Positions 24,901-38,605 of a stretch of 64,000 nucleotides of DNA are shown in pieces. The notes beneath the pieces were generated by a model that did not search any database, was not told where the DNA came from, and saw nothing but the letters and a program-made list of their open reading frames with translations. Position 1 is the stretch's first letter; the number at the start of each line of letters is the position of its first letter. Both the position numbers and the translations under genes were made by a program. The DNA comes from Pseudovirgaria hyperparasitica. Lineage: Eukaryota. The stretch lies in NCBI GenBank assembly GCA_010093815.1, contig ML996596.1. One strand, 5' to 3'.

Positions 24901-27900
24901 TCCGTAATTCCCCTTAGGTTCCGGATAAGGTCCTAGAATATATATAGAAGGGTCTTCTAGCCCTCTCCGGCTTCCTTCTCTACACGTACTACCTAGTAGT
25001 TAATGCGATCTAGAAGGGTTTCCCCTCTCGGGGTCCCCTTTGTTCCGCCTATCTATAGCGGCATGCACCTTTGGGTGTGTTCTACGTTTTAGATAGGTGT
25101 ATAGCTACCCTTAGTAATATCGCTATATGGCCTTTTCTATCGTACTAGTAGGGATATATCCGGTATATACCGGGGTATGTCGGTGCCTAAGGCCGCTATA
25201 TTTATTAGTTAAGGGCTACCCTTAACTAATAAAAGGGGGTCGGCGTATCGGCGTTCTAGTAGCGTGGTCCATGCCTCTGTCTCCGTGAGGATTTTAAGAG
25301 GGTGTATATATGTCTTTGCACGGCGATAACGTCTTGGTTTCGATGCTACACGTACGTGCGTGTGGTAGTAGTTGGTATACTCGGTATACTCTATCGATTA
25401 AGGTGTGTATCTCGCTATATTACACGGAATAAAGTATAGAAGGTAAGATTTTTTTTCTTCATCGGAACTATAGGATAGGGCATAGGTAATGACGTAATGC
25501 TTTAACTATTAGGGATATAGGCATACTAGGCAGAGGTACTCTTAGAAGACCGCCTATGGGTAGTATAAATAGGGCCATAATACTAAGGAATGCCCTTATA
25601 AGACGTAGAGCGACGAGACGCGAGACAGGGATACCGCTAAGTACTCTAACTACGATGGGAAATACCTATCCTAGTCGGTAACGTGCACGAAACGTAAGTA
25701 GATCGTAGAATATATTAACGCGATGAAGATAAGAGGAGCGAGGTAGATATACTAAGCCATAAGGCCCTCGCTGCCCTCGCCGCCATCCCTAACTTTACTT
25801 ATAAATCCGGTAACCACCCCCCGAAGGGGAGAGGATAACGCGTAATAGTATACTATATAGAGAAAGATAGGCCGACCCCGGGGTATACTTAAAGCCGCTA
25901 CCACGCGAGGATAATCACGCCTTAGCGCCACTAATATATAGACTCGAACTTTCCCTAGCACCTAATAAGGGTATAAGATACACTTATTATTATATAGGCG
26001 AACGTATAACATAAATAAGAAAACCAAGCGACGCTCCTAGAAGAGATAGGAGCCGTAATAATAGCTATCTAGGAACCATATAAATACTACTAAACCAACA
26101 AGCTAATAATACACCTAGGATACTATACCATCCACCCCATAGGCCCGGACAGGAGAGTTATGTTTCATATATATAAGTCGATCCCGCTCTTAGAATAGTC
26201 TTACACCGAACGTAATAACCTCCGGATAATGTTACATCTCTAGATAAGTATAGGGCCTATCTACATCCATAACATCTATAATTAATAGCGATCGCTTACG
26301 CTAGACGATATACTAGAGGGCACCACGACGCTAGGATAATACATCCTCCTAGACGACTTTAATCTCTACCATAGGTAGTAGGGAGGCCCAGCCGTCGCGA
26401 GAGAAGAACTTAGAGTAAGGGAACTATATATACGGTGCCACGACTTCCTATATCTCCTTATACCCGTGGGGTAGATTATCTAGAGGAAATATAAATAGGA
26501 CGAGGACGGGTCTACGCTCGACCTTACCCTCGCCACCGAGCACATTAGCCATAGAGTATAGTACTACCGCCCGAGCCGGATATAGATGGACTCCGACTAT
26601 AAATATATAGAAACCGTAATAGACGTCTCCACTCTTAACGAATAATATAGGAAATAGCTATAGAAGGACACCGATTAGGATAAATACCTAGAGGACCTAG
26701 AATCGGCGATTCTAGACCCCTCTATAGTCGACGTATCCAACGGCCTAGCCATAGATAAGGCCGTGTAAGTCCTCCTTTAAGTATACCAAGTTACGAGAGA
26801 TAAACACGTACTATACCGAACGTATAGACCCCTAGAAGCGAGGGGCATACCTTAAATATAAGAGTATAGAAGAGACGCCCGTAGACTATATACACGTGTA
26901 TACTATATCCGGACGACCGAGGCGTAGAAAGAGTAGAAGGAAGTAGTGCGATATCGTGATAGGGCCCTCCGTAATAAATAACGAAAGCAATAGCGTACGA
27001 TTACTAATAAACACACACGGTAAGCCGTAGGGCTATAGCGCATGGTAAAGTAGGCTAAGGGTGTAGACGCGCCGATACCGCCGCTACTAATGCCTCCCCT
27101 AATATACTAAGAGAGGATATACTCTATAAGCCCGGAGAAGACGGAGATCTTACGTAAAGTTATGTTTCCCCTCCCGGAGCTAGTAGACCTATTAGACATT
27201 AATAATACTAAATACCTAGATATAATTAATATCCCCTAAGAGGTTACTAAGGAGGATATACTCGACGCCGTTAAAGTACTCCCGAATAATAAGGTACCCG
27301 GACCGGATAGAATACCGAATAGGTGCCTTAAACGCACTATACTAGCTACCCTACCGCTTATTAGTTATATATTTCAAGCATGTATTAAGAACGGATACCA
27401 CCCCTAAAGCTTCCGGGCCGCCTATACCGTTATACTCCCGAAACTAGGGAAGAACTCTAACTCCCCGAAAGGATAGAGGCCAATCACCCTTCTCTCCTAT
27501 CTCGGGAAGATACTAGAGGCCACGATTACGAAGAAGATAAGTACCGTAGTATAGGAATATAACCTCCTCCTAGTAAACCAGAAGGCGAAGACTAGAAGCT
27601 CCCTAATTACCGCTATCTAATATATCCTTAAAGTCGTCTAGGCCGTATGGAAGTAGGGACGTGTAGTAACGCTACTCTCCCTCGACATGGCCGGCGTATT
27701 CGATAAAGTAAACTACACGAGACTCATCTATAACTTACGGAAGAGGCGTATACCCGCGTGGATTACGCGGTTTATATAGTCCTTCCTCGCCGAAAGAGTT
27801 ACCTAGATATATATCTCTAGATATCTAAGTAAGTACGAGAAGACGGCTTACGGCATCCTATAAGGAAGTACCATCTCCCCGATCCTATTCCTCTTCTTTA

Positions 27901-29532
27901 CTATAGACCTCCTCTAGGGAATGTAACGTATAGAGGTAGTAGGGTACGTAGATGATATATACCTTCTAGCCATTAATAATAATACTAGCTAAACATATAG
28001 ACGACTCGAATAAGACCACGGGAGATGTGTCTAATGGGCAAAGCGCTACGGAGTAAAGTTCGCCCCCGAAAAGTACTAACTCATATACTTTATTAACCGC
28101 TATAGGAAATGGGCTACTAGGGAAGGCAAGCGACGCCCTAGAATAGACGCCTTTGACGAACCGCCGACATAAAGTATACGCGCACTCGGCGTTATAATCG
28201 ATAATAAGCTTAAATAGGGACCATAGATAGTATACGCCGTTTCTAGGGCCCTCTAGGTAGAAGCCGCTATACGACGGATTATAGCCTCTATATAGGGAAC
28301 CGCCCGGGATAAGGCACGCTAACTATATATATCTATAGTACGACCCGCCTTTACGTACGGACACGAGTACTAGTATACGGCCCTTATATAGACTAGGCGA
28401 ATAAAGCTCGAATCTATATAGAACCGTATACTCCGTCTTATATTAGGCGTATATAAAGCTACTAACACGGTACTACTATGACGCAAGACAGACGTTATAA
28501 GTATATATAACTTCTACTAGATATAGAGGGTGGTATACTTTACTAAATAATAAGTATAGGAACATATAGGAAAAGTAGAATATACCTTCGCCGCGCTGCG
28601 CGCGCGAGTTAGTATATACTACTAAGTACTCTTATATATAGGCCGGACTCGACTACGGTATAAGTACCCGATAGAAATAGACTTAAACCGAGTAGTATAA
28701 GAGATTAAGGATAACCTAGATACCCTTCTAGACTAATAGAGCCTTTAAGAGCTCGGATAAAGTATACGGTTATAGATCTAAGATAAGTAGAAAGAGATAC
28801 TCCGGGCCTAGTAGGCCTCCTAGTAGAATAGGTACCTAGAGTAGATCCGAGGACCATAGAAGGAGCCGAGTAAATAGATATATAAAGGGCTTATAAAGGC
28901 CTAGATATCTATACTCCTCTAAGCCCGAACGGGCGCTATAGGACTCCTATACTACCTCTATAAGAGAGGCGTCCCCGATATATCTCTATAGTATAAGGCG
29001 TGCGGCCGGAGAGGCATAATACGCCACTATCTCGTAATATACCCCGATCTTTACACGTAAAGGTAGAAGCTTATCTATACGATAAGAACCTCCGATATCG
29101 TACGATGGCTTAATAAGTACTCTAAGGACGTCGCCCGGTAGATAATTACACACCTACCACTCCTCTAATTCTAGTGGACCCGGAAATATATACCGGAAGA
29201 GACCCGGTACACGCCGGTAGTAACCCGATATATACCGGAAGAACCCTAGGAGAACCCCGATTATTAGTTAAGGGCAGCCCTTAACTAATAACCTCCGCAC
29301 CTACACGTGCTACCTAAGGATAAAATAACGGTAATATAGACTATAGACTAATAGGCGTACCCTATAGCTATATACTTAAGACGAAACAGAGGCTTAACGA
29401 GATGTAGTTATAGACATAAGGAAGTTTTTCCCTATGGGGTTTCTTCTTATATAGTAGCTTAGACTAGAGGAGGCATAGGCCTGTAGAGTACTACTCTACC
29501 TAGTTATATAATATTATTATTATTATTATTAT
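18926..29532 (+). mobile_element. Full-length LINE (subfamily C) interrupted in ORF1 by the LINE at 20190-25462
   Basis: 5' end aaaaaaacttctcacaccccaacgg. ORF1 from ~19197, resuming at 25463 with a CFNC-type knuckle (~25498). ORF2 ~25965-29200 with a GYVDD RT motif (~27942). (tta)n tail to ~29532. Confidence 0.9.
20190..25462 (-). mobile_element. Full-length LINE with a subfamily A body and a divergent 5' kilobase
   Basis: 15-bp TSD cggaactataggata at 20175-20189 and 25463-25477. Tail at 20190-20205. Near-identical to 96-4380 up to ~24465. Confidence 0.93.
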
Positions 29533-29690
29533 TATATACTTATTTCTTAGAGGTATAGCTATCCCCTTATAGTAGTAGCTTTAACTATACCTTTTAGTTA
29601 TTCTATTATTCTAGAGATAGTCTACTATTCTACTAGGTTACTATTCTAGAAGAAGATTAAGGTTATATTTATTATAATAGAAGAGTTTAT
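29533..29690 (-). mobile_element. Short old LINE fragment (ORF1 C-terminal region)
   Basis: Matches ~59957-60112. Confidence 0.7.
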
Positions 29691-32600
29691 ATAAGTTTTA
29701 TATATATAATAACCTTATAATCTATTATATATATAATATATAAGTTATATAGAATAAGAGTCTAGCTCTACTCTATTCTATTCTATAGAGTTATACTCTC
29801 TAGTACTCTATAGAAGAGTTCTAGTTCTACTCTACTCTAGAGCTATTCTACCTCTACTCTATTCTAGAGGTAACTAGCTCTATTCTACTCTAGAGACTAG
29901 ACTAGACTCTATAACTTTCTTAGAGACTATAGACTAGAAGAGTTATATTAATATAAGCTAGTACTAGCTTATATTAGATTAAGTAGAAATTAGAAGTATA
30001 TAGATAGAGATAATATATTAGTTAATATATTAGTCCTTAGTATACTAAAACGGACTATTATAGATAATTTCGGATATTTATAAAATACTATTAGTATTTA
30101 GTATACTATTTAATATATATTATCGATTCTTAATAATAATACATATAAACTATATATATATATAGACCTTTCTATAGCTATAGATAGTTATCTCTTTAAG
30201 CCTTTTAATTAAATATACTTTATATACTATATATTATATCTCTTAGTCTTATTTATTAAAGATACCTTCTATACTATCTATTCTTTATAAGGGTATTATA
30301 TATATTAAGAAAAACTTCTCACACCCCAACGGACCAAACTAGTTAATTCGGGGTAAAACAGTAATTTACATACATTAAACGATAGAGTATACCGAGTATA
30401 ATAACCTCCGACATACGTACGTACGTATAGTATATAATACACGACGATACCGACATATAGAGACACTATATATATATACTCGAAGACTCTTTAATAATAT
30501 AAGTATAGACTATATCTAATAAACGCCGATACGCCGACCCCCTTTTATTAGTTAAGGGCTACCCTTAACTAATAACCATGGCGGCCTTAGGCATCGTAAT
30601 ACCCCGGTATACGCCGGATATACCCCTACTAGTACGGTAGAAACGGCCATATAGCGATATTAATATAGATAGCTAGACACCTATCTAAAATATAGGAACT
30701 AACTAAGGGTGTAAAGTACTATAGATAACCTAGACCGAGGGGACCCTAAGAGGGGAGACCCTCCTAGATAAAATTAAATACTAGATAATATATATAGAGA
30801 GGGATACTAAGAAGGGAAAGAAGACCCTCCTTTATATATTCCGGGACCTTATCCGGAACCTAAGAGGAATCACGGAGGAAGAAAGGAAGTCGCTATAAGA
30901 GGAATCTAGTAGTAGGCTTAACCGAATGGAAGCTAGCCTACGGAGAATCTAGAAAGAGCTATCCTAAGGTAAGCGCCCTAATATATAGGCTTAGATTATA
31001 GTAATACCCGGAGCTACCGCACTAAGGACTACTAGGACTATAGATAGAGTATATAGTATATATATTATAATCTAGGATAAGGATACGCTAGCGTAGGTCT
31101 AATAGGCATCCCTAAAGGAAATTATAAATAAGATTAATAAATAGAAAGGAATGTAGTCGAGCGTCGTGGCTACTAAAGTTACGCTAGGTAGGGTAGTACT
31201 TACTACTATAACGAATACTATATAGTAAAACATCTTGCGAGATCCGAACGTAATAGGTAGTATCTTCCCCGGCGCGTCCATTAGAGTAGCTATATACCTA
31301 ATTATAGTACACGTAGTACCCGTGCGGGGATAGGCTATCGGAGCGGAGGATATTACGCGTATAGAATAATCCAACACGCGAAAATACCTAGGGATTAAGA
31401 TCGTAAAAGCGTGGTAGAAGAACCTATAGGCGATTAAGACGACAGCGAAAAAACACTCTACTATAATTATGGAGCTCCGAGACCCCGCCCTCGCATAATA
31501 TATTATATAGGAGGGATTCCTAGTAGAAGGAGAGCTCCTTATGGCCGAGCCATAGGATAGGGCATAGGTAATAATATAGTACTTTAACTATTAAGGGTAT
31601 AGATATACTATATAAAGGTACTTATAGAAGACTAAGTACGGATAGTACCGTAGGGACCACGCTATCTAGGAGTACCCTTATAAACCGCGAGGAGACGGAC
31701 TAAGAAATAGGGATATAGTATAGTATTTAAACTATAACGGGAAATACCCGTCGTGGTCGTTAACGTATATAAAACGCAAATAGATTATAGAATATATTCG
31801 CACGATAAAAGCGAGAGGCGCGAGATAGTTATAGAATATAACACCTACCACGGGCCCTTCCTCTATAACACCCCTAACCTCCCCTCCGGAAGGTAGTTAG
31901 ATAGGATAGTAGACTATCCTAAAGACGATAGGATAACTAAAAGGTATAGTTAAAGTCGCTGCCGCGTGAGGATAGTCGCGCCTCTAAGGAATAAGTATAT
32001 AGATATATATACTCCCTAGTATCTAATAAGGGACTAGAATATACTCTAAATTATATAGGTAAATATATAATATAAAAGAGAGAACTAGGTGACGCTCCTC
32101 GAAGAGACCGGGGCCATAATACTCGCCATCTAGAAACCCTATAAATACTACTAGATGAGTAAACTAACTACACACCCCGGATACCATACTATATACCCTC
32201 TAGGACTAGAAAGACGAGTTCTCTTCCACATTTATAGGTCTATACTACTCTTATTATAGTCGTATACTAAGCGCGATAACCTTAGGATAACACTACACCT
32301 ATAAATAGATATAGGCCCCCTATATATATATAACATATATAACTAATAACATATACTTATACTAGACGAGATACTCGAGGGTACTACGGAACTAGGGTAA
32401 TATATCCTCCTAGGAGACTTTAACCTCTACCACTAATAGTAGGGAGGCCTAGCCGTAGTAAGGGAAGAACTTAGAGTAAGGGAACTATGTACCCGCTACC
32501 ACGACTTCCTATACCTACTTATACTAGTAGAATAAGTTATATAGAAAAAACATAAATAGAACGAAGACGGGTCTACGCTTAACCTTACCTTCGCCACGGA

Positions 32601-35600
32601 GTACATTAGTTACTAGATCCAATACTACCGCCTAAGCTAGGTATAGACGGATTCCGACCACGAATATATAGAAACCGTAATAAACGTATATACCCCGAAT
32701 GAATAACGGGGACGATAGATATAGAAGGATACCGACTAGGAAAAGTACCTGAAGGACCTGGAATCGGCGATTCTAGACCCCTCTATAGTCGATATATCTA
32801 ATAATCTAGCCATAGACTAGACCGTATAGACACTCCTATAAACATACTAGAATACGAGAAATAAACACGTACTATACTAAATATACCGGCCCCCGGAAGC
32901 AAAGGGGATTTCTTAAGTATAGGAAAGTAGATAAGACGCCCGAAGACTATATACACGCGTATACTATATAAGAATACCCGAGTCGTAGGAAGAATAGAAG
33001 GAAGTAATACGATAACGTAATAAAGTCCTCTATAATAAAAGGCGTAAATAGTAGCGTATAATTACTAGTTAATAGACACGATACGTAATAGGGCTATAGC
33101 GTATAGCGAAATAGGCTAAGGGCGTAGACACTCCGACACCCCTACTACTTATACCTCCTCTAATATATTAGGGGAGAATATACTCCACGAGCCTTAAGAA
33201 AACTAAGGCCCTATGGGAGGCCATGTTCCCTCTCCCGGAACTAGTAGACCTATTAGATATTCACGGCGCCGAATACCTATATACGGTAGATATTCCCGAA
33301 GAAGTTACGGAGGAGGACATACTTAATATTATTAAGACACTCCTAAATGATAAAGTACCCGGACTAGATAGAATTCTAAATCGATGCCTAAAAAGTACTA
33401 TAAAAGCGACCCTACCGCTTATTACTCGTATATTCTAAGTATACGTCACGTAGGGGTACTACCCCTAGAGCTTCTAAGTCGCCTATACTATTATACTCCC
33501 GAAACTAGGAAAGAGCCCTAACTCCCTAAAGGGATAGAGACTAATCGCCCTTCTCTCCTACCTAGGTAAGATACTAGAGGCTACGGTAGCGAAGAAGATA
33601 AGTACCGCGGTATAGGAATATAATCTCCTCCCTCCGAACCAGAAGGTAAAGGTAGATAGCTCTCTAATAATAGCTATCTAATATATTATCGAAGTCGTCT
33701 AGGCCGTATAGAAATAGGGACGGGTAGTATTACTCCTCTCCCTCGATATAGCCGGAGCGTTTAATAAGGTAAACTATATAAGACTTATTCATAACCTCCG
33801 GATAAGACGAATACTAGAATGGATTATACGCTTTATATAATCATTCCTCATAGGCAGAATAACTTAGAAATATATCTCTAGGTACTAGAGCGAATATAAA
33901 GAGATGGTATACGGCATCCTATAAGGGAGTACCATCTCTCCGATCCTATTCCTCTTCTTTATAGTAGACCTTCTTTAAGAAATAAAGTATATAGAGGTAG
34001 TCGGATACGCCGATAATATATACCTCCTAGCTATTAATAATAATACCAACCGAACGTATAGACGACTAGAATAGAACTATAAGAGGTGCCTCTAGTAGGT
34101 AAAACGCTACGGAGCAAAGTTCGCCCCGGAGAAATACTAGCTTATATACTTTATTAACTATTAAGGGAAATAGGTAACTAGGGAAGGCGAATAACGCCCC
34201 CGAATCGACGTATTTAACGAACTACTAGTATAAAGTATACACGCGCTCGGAGTCATACTAGATAGCAAGCTTAAATGGGGACTATAAGTAGTATACGCCG
34301 CCTCTAGGGCCCTCTAGGTAGAAGCCACTATATAACGGATTATAGCCTCTATATAGGGAACCGCCTAGGATAAGGCACGCTAGCTATATATATCTATAGC
34401 ACGACCCGCCTTCACGTATAGACACGAGTGCTAGTACACGGCCCTTATATAGACTAGGCGAATAAAGCTCGAATCCATATAGAACCGTATACTCCGTCTT
34501 ATATTAGGTGTATATAAAGCTACTAACACGGTACTACTACGACGCGAGACAGACGTTATAAGTATATATAACTTCTACTAGATATAGAGGGTGGTATACT
34601 TTACTAAATAATAAGTATAGAAACGCATAGGAAACGTAGAATATACTTTCGCCGCGCTACGTGCACGAATTAGTATATATTACCGCGTACTCCTATATAT
34701 AGGCTAGAATTAAATACGGTATAGGTGCTTAATAGAAACCGACTCTAGCTAAGTAGTATAAGAAGTCTAAGATAACCCAGACGCTCTCCTAGACCGGTAG
34801 AGCCTTTAAGAACTCGTAAAAAACATACGGTTATAGACTTAAGATAAGTAGAAAGAGGCACTCCGTGCCCACTAGACCTCCTAGTAGGATAGGTACCTAG
34901 AATAGATTTGAGGGCTATAGAAGGAACCGAGTAAATAGATGTATAAAGGGCTAACGAAAGCCTAAGCATCTATACTCATCTAAGCCCGAACAGGCGCCAT
35001 AGGACTCCTATACTACATCCATAAGAGAGGCGTTCCCGATACCTCCCTATGGTATAAGGCGTACGGCTAGAGAGGTATAATACACCACTATCTAGCTATA
35101 TGCCCTAACCTCCATATATAATAGTAATAGCTTATCCACGTCACGAAGACTTTAGATACCGTATAATGGCTTAATAAGTACCCTAAGGACGTCTCCCGAT
35201 AGATACTTATATATCTACTACTCCTCTAGCACTAGTAGACCCGGAAATATATACCGGAAGAGACCCGGTATACGCTAGTAGTAACCCGATATATACCGGA
35301 AGAACCCTAGGAGAACCCCGATTATTAGTTGAGGGCAGCCCTTAACTAATAATCTCCGCATCTACACGTGCTACCTAAGGGTAAAATAATAGTAATATAG
35401 GCTATAGGCTAATAGGTGTACCCTATAGCTATATACTTAAGACGAAACAGAGGTTTAACGAGATGTAGTTATAGATATAAGGAAGTTTTTCCCTATGGGG
35501 TTTCTTCTTATATAGTGGCTTAGACTAGAGGAGGCATAGGCCTATAGAGTACTACTCTACCTAGTTATATAATATTATTATTATTATTATTATATATATC

Positions 35601-36847
35601 TATTCTATCTATACTCTTTAAACTTTTATAGGTTATAAGCCTAGCTCTTACCTAATTCTTTTATAATTTAAGCCTTTTAATTAAATATACTTTATATACT
35701 ATATATTATATCTCTTAGTCTTATTTATTAAAGATACCTTCTATACTATCTATCCTTTATAAGGGTATTATATATATCTATTTTATATATACTATTTAAA
35801 CTTTTATAGGTTATAAGCCTAGCTCTTACCTAATTCTTTTATAAATTAAGACCTTTTTATCTATACTTTAAGCTTTAAAGATAACCTTAGGGCGTTCTAT
35901 TTATATTAGACGTCCCTATACCTCTCTCTCCCTTCCTAGAATACTTCTAGAATTAAAATAGATACTCTTAGTCTATAATAAGTCCCTACTTACCTTACTC
36001 TAGTAATAGAGAATTATAAGATTCTACTATAGATAATTAGATTCCCTAGAGGGCCCTATAGAAAAATAAAAGTATTACTTATAGGTATTAACTTATATAG
36101 CTACTAGAAAGATAGAATTACTCTATTCGTTTACTCTAATTTCCTTATTAAGGAATAAGAATTATTAAAATATAGAGAGTAATTCTACCTAGCTTAGAGT
36201 AGAGACTTCTAAGTACCTAGTGTATAAGAGTTTAAAGGGTATATATAGGATAGATATATATAATACCCTTATAAAGAATAGATAGTATAGAAGGTATCTT
36301 AAATAAATAAGACTAAGGGATATAATATATAGTATATAAAGTATATTTAATTAAAAGGCTTAAAGAGACGACTATATACGGCTATAGAAAGGTCTATATA
36401 TAAATAGTTTATATGTATTATTATTAAGAATCGATAATATATATTAAATAGTATACTAAATACTAATAGTATTCTATAAATATCTAAAATTAACTATAAT
36501 AGTCTATTTTAGTATACTAAGGGCTAATATATTAACTAATATATTATCTCTATCTATATACTTCTAATTTCTACTTTATCTAATATAAGCTAGTACTAGC
36601 TTATATTAATATAACTCTTCTAGTCTATAGTCTCTAAGGAAGTTATAGAGTCTAGTTTAGTCTCTAGAGTAGAATAGAGCTTAGTTACCTCTAGAGTAGA
36701 GTAGAGATAGAATAGCTCTAGAGTAGAGTAGAACTAGAACTCTTCTATAGAGTACTAGAGAACGTACTTCTATAGAATAGAATAGAGTAGAGCTAGACTC
36801 TTATTCTATATAACTTATATATTATATATAATAGATTATAAGGTTAT

Positions 36848-36855
<8 letters not shown>
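29688..36855. mobile_element. Long-TIR foldback-type non-autonomous DNA element (~1.9 kb without inserts); tip of the right arm displaced to 61692-61721
   Basis: 29700-30307 plus 35593-35630 is the reverse complement of ~36228-36855. Internal ~180-bp direct duplication (35671-35850). No transposase motif seen. Confidence 0.7.
30308..35592 (+). mobile_element. Full-length RIP-inactivated LINE (subfamily A)
   Basis: ORF1 30578-32026. ORF2 from 32026 with LGDFNL (32410), DSDH (32650) and VGYADNI (34000). (tta)n tail. AT-rich TSD of about tattatatatat. Confidence 0.93.
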
Positions 36856-36937
<82 letters not shown>

Positions 36938-38324
36938 TTAACTAGCTAGAGTAGTACTCTATAGACCGATACCTTCTCTAGTCTAAGCTACTATATAGAA
37001 AGAAACCCCTAGGGAAAAACTTCCTTATTCTAGTAATTATATCTTATTAAATCTTTATTTCGTCTTAAGTATATAGCTATAGGGTAAACCTATTAGCCTA
37101 TAGCCTATATTACTATTATTTTACCCTTAGATAGTACGTATAGATATAGATACGGAGGTTATTAGTTAAGGGCTACCCTTAACTAATAATTAGAGTTTTC
37201 CTAGAATTCTTCTAGTATATATTAGGTGTCTTCTAATATATATCGGGCCTCTTCTAATATATATTTCTAGGTCTACTAGAACTAGAGGAGTAGTAGGTAT
37301 ATAAGTATCTATTATAAGACTTTCTTAGGGTACTCGTTTAGCTATTATATAATATTAGAGGTCTAGGTTATATAGATAAGCTATTATCTCTATATATAGA
37401 GGTTAGAGTATATTACTAAATAGTAGCGTACTATATCTCTCCCGCTATATACTTTATACTATAGAGATATATTAGGGATACCTCTCTTATAGAGATAGTA
37501 TAGAAGTTCTATAATATCTATTCGGGCTTAGAGAAGTATAGATACTTAGGCTTTTATAAGCTCTTTATATATCTATTTACTTAGTTCCGTCTATAGCCCT
37601 TTAATCTACTCTAGATATCTATTCTACTAGAAGGTCTAGTAGGCTTAGAGTATCTCTTTCTATTTATTCTAGGTCTATATCTATATACTCCGTTCGAGTT
37701 TCCAAGGGCTCTACTAGCCTAGAATAGTATCTAGGTTATCCCTAATCTCTTATACTACTTATCCCGAGTCTACTTCTATTAGGTATATATATTATATCTA
37801 AGTTTAGCCGGTATATTAGAGTATCTAGTAGTATATATAAATATACGTACGTAGTATAGTAAAGGTATATTTAGTATCTCTATTATATTTCTATACTTAT
37901 TATTTAGTAAAGTATACTACTCTCTATATTTAGTAGAAGTTCTATATACTAGCTATATTTATTTTACGTTATAATAATATTATATTAGTAGCTTTATATA
38001 TACTAGAGATAAGGTAGAGTATATAGTTCTATATAGACTTAAGTTTTATTTACCTAGCCTATATAAGGACTATATACTAGTACTTATATCTATATATAAA
38101 GGCTAGTTATACTATAGAGACGTATAGCTAGCGCGCCTTATCTTAGATGGTTCCCTATATAGAGGCCGTAATCTAGTATATAGTAGCTTCTATCTAGAGG
38201 GTTCTAGAAACGGCGTATATTATCTATAGGCCCTATTAGAGTTTATTATTAATTATAATACTAAGTATATATATATTTAGTATTAGAGATTTATTAAAGG
38301 CGTCTATTCTAGGACGTCGCTTAC

Positions 38325-38564
38325 TGTTAGGGCTAACACTAGGATGGACTTAACTAGAATACTATGGTCTAGTACGGTCCATGACAGGTGGACCTAGGGT
38401 AAGTCAGCTAGAATAAGCGAGACCACTATATAAGTAGGCCGTATACACTTAATTCCTACTCTTTAGGAATCAACCTCGTTAGAAGAGTAGACTACCCTTT
38501 TAAATATATTCCCGAATCCTCCTATGACCTATTAGACTACTATCCTACGTCTATAATCCTTATA
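38325..38564 (+). repeat. Gypsy-1 5' LTR
   Basis: Starts TG. Direct repeat of 57537-57776. Confidence 0.93.
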
Positions 38565-38605
38565 TTTTAATTTCTCTTTATATAGCACGACGGTAGTTCA
38601 TAGAA

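Noticed and set aside
36856..36940. Long (AAT)n/(ATT)n tract as a telomere or independent satellite
   Set aside because: It is the expanded 3' tail of LINE D and contains no TTAGGG array.
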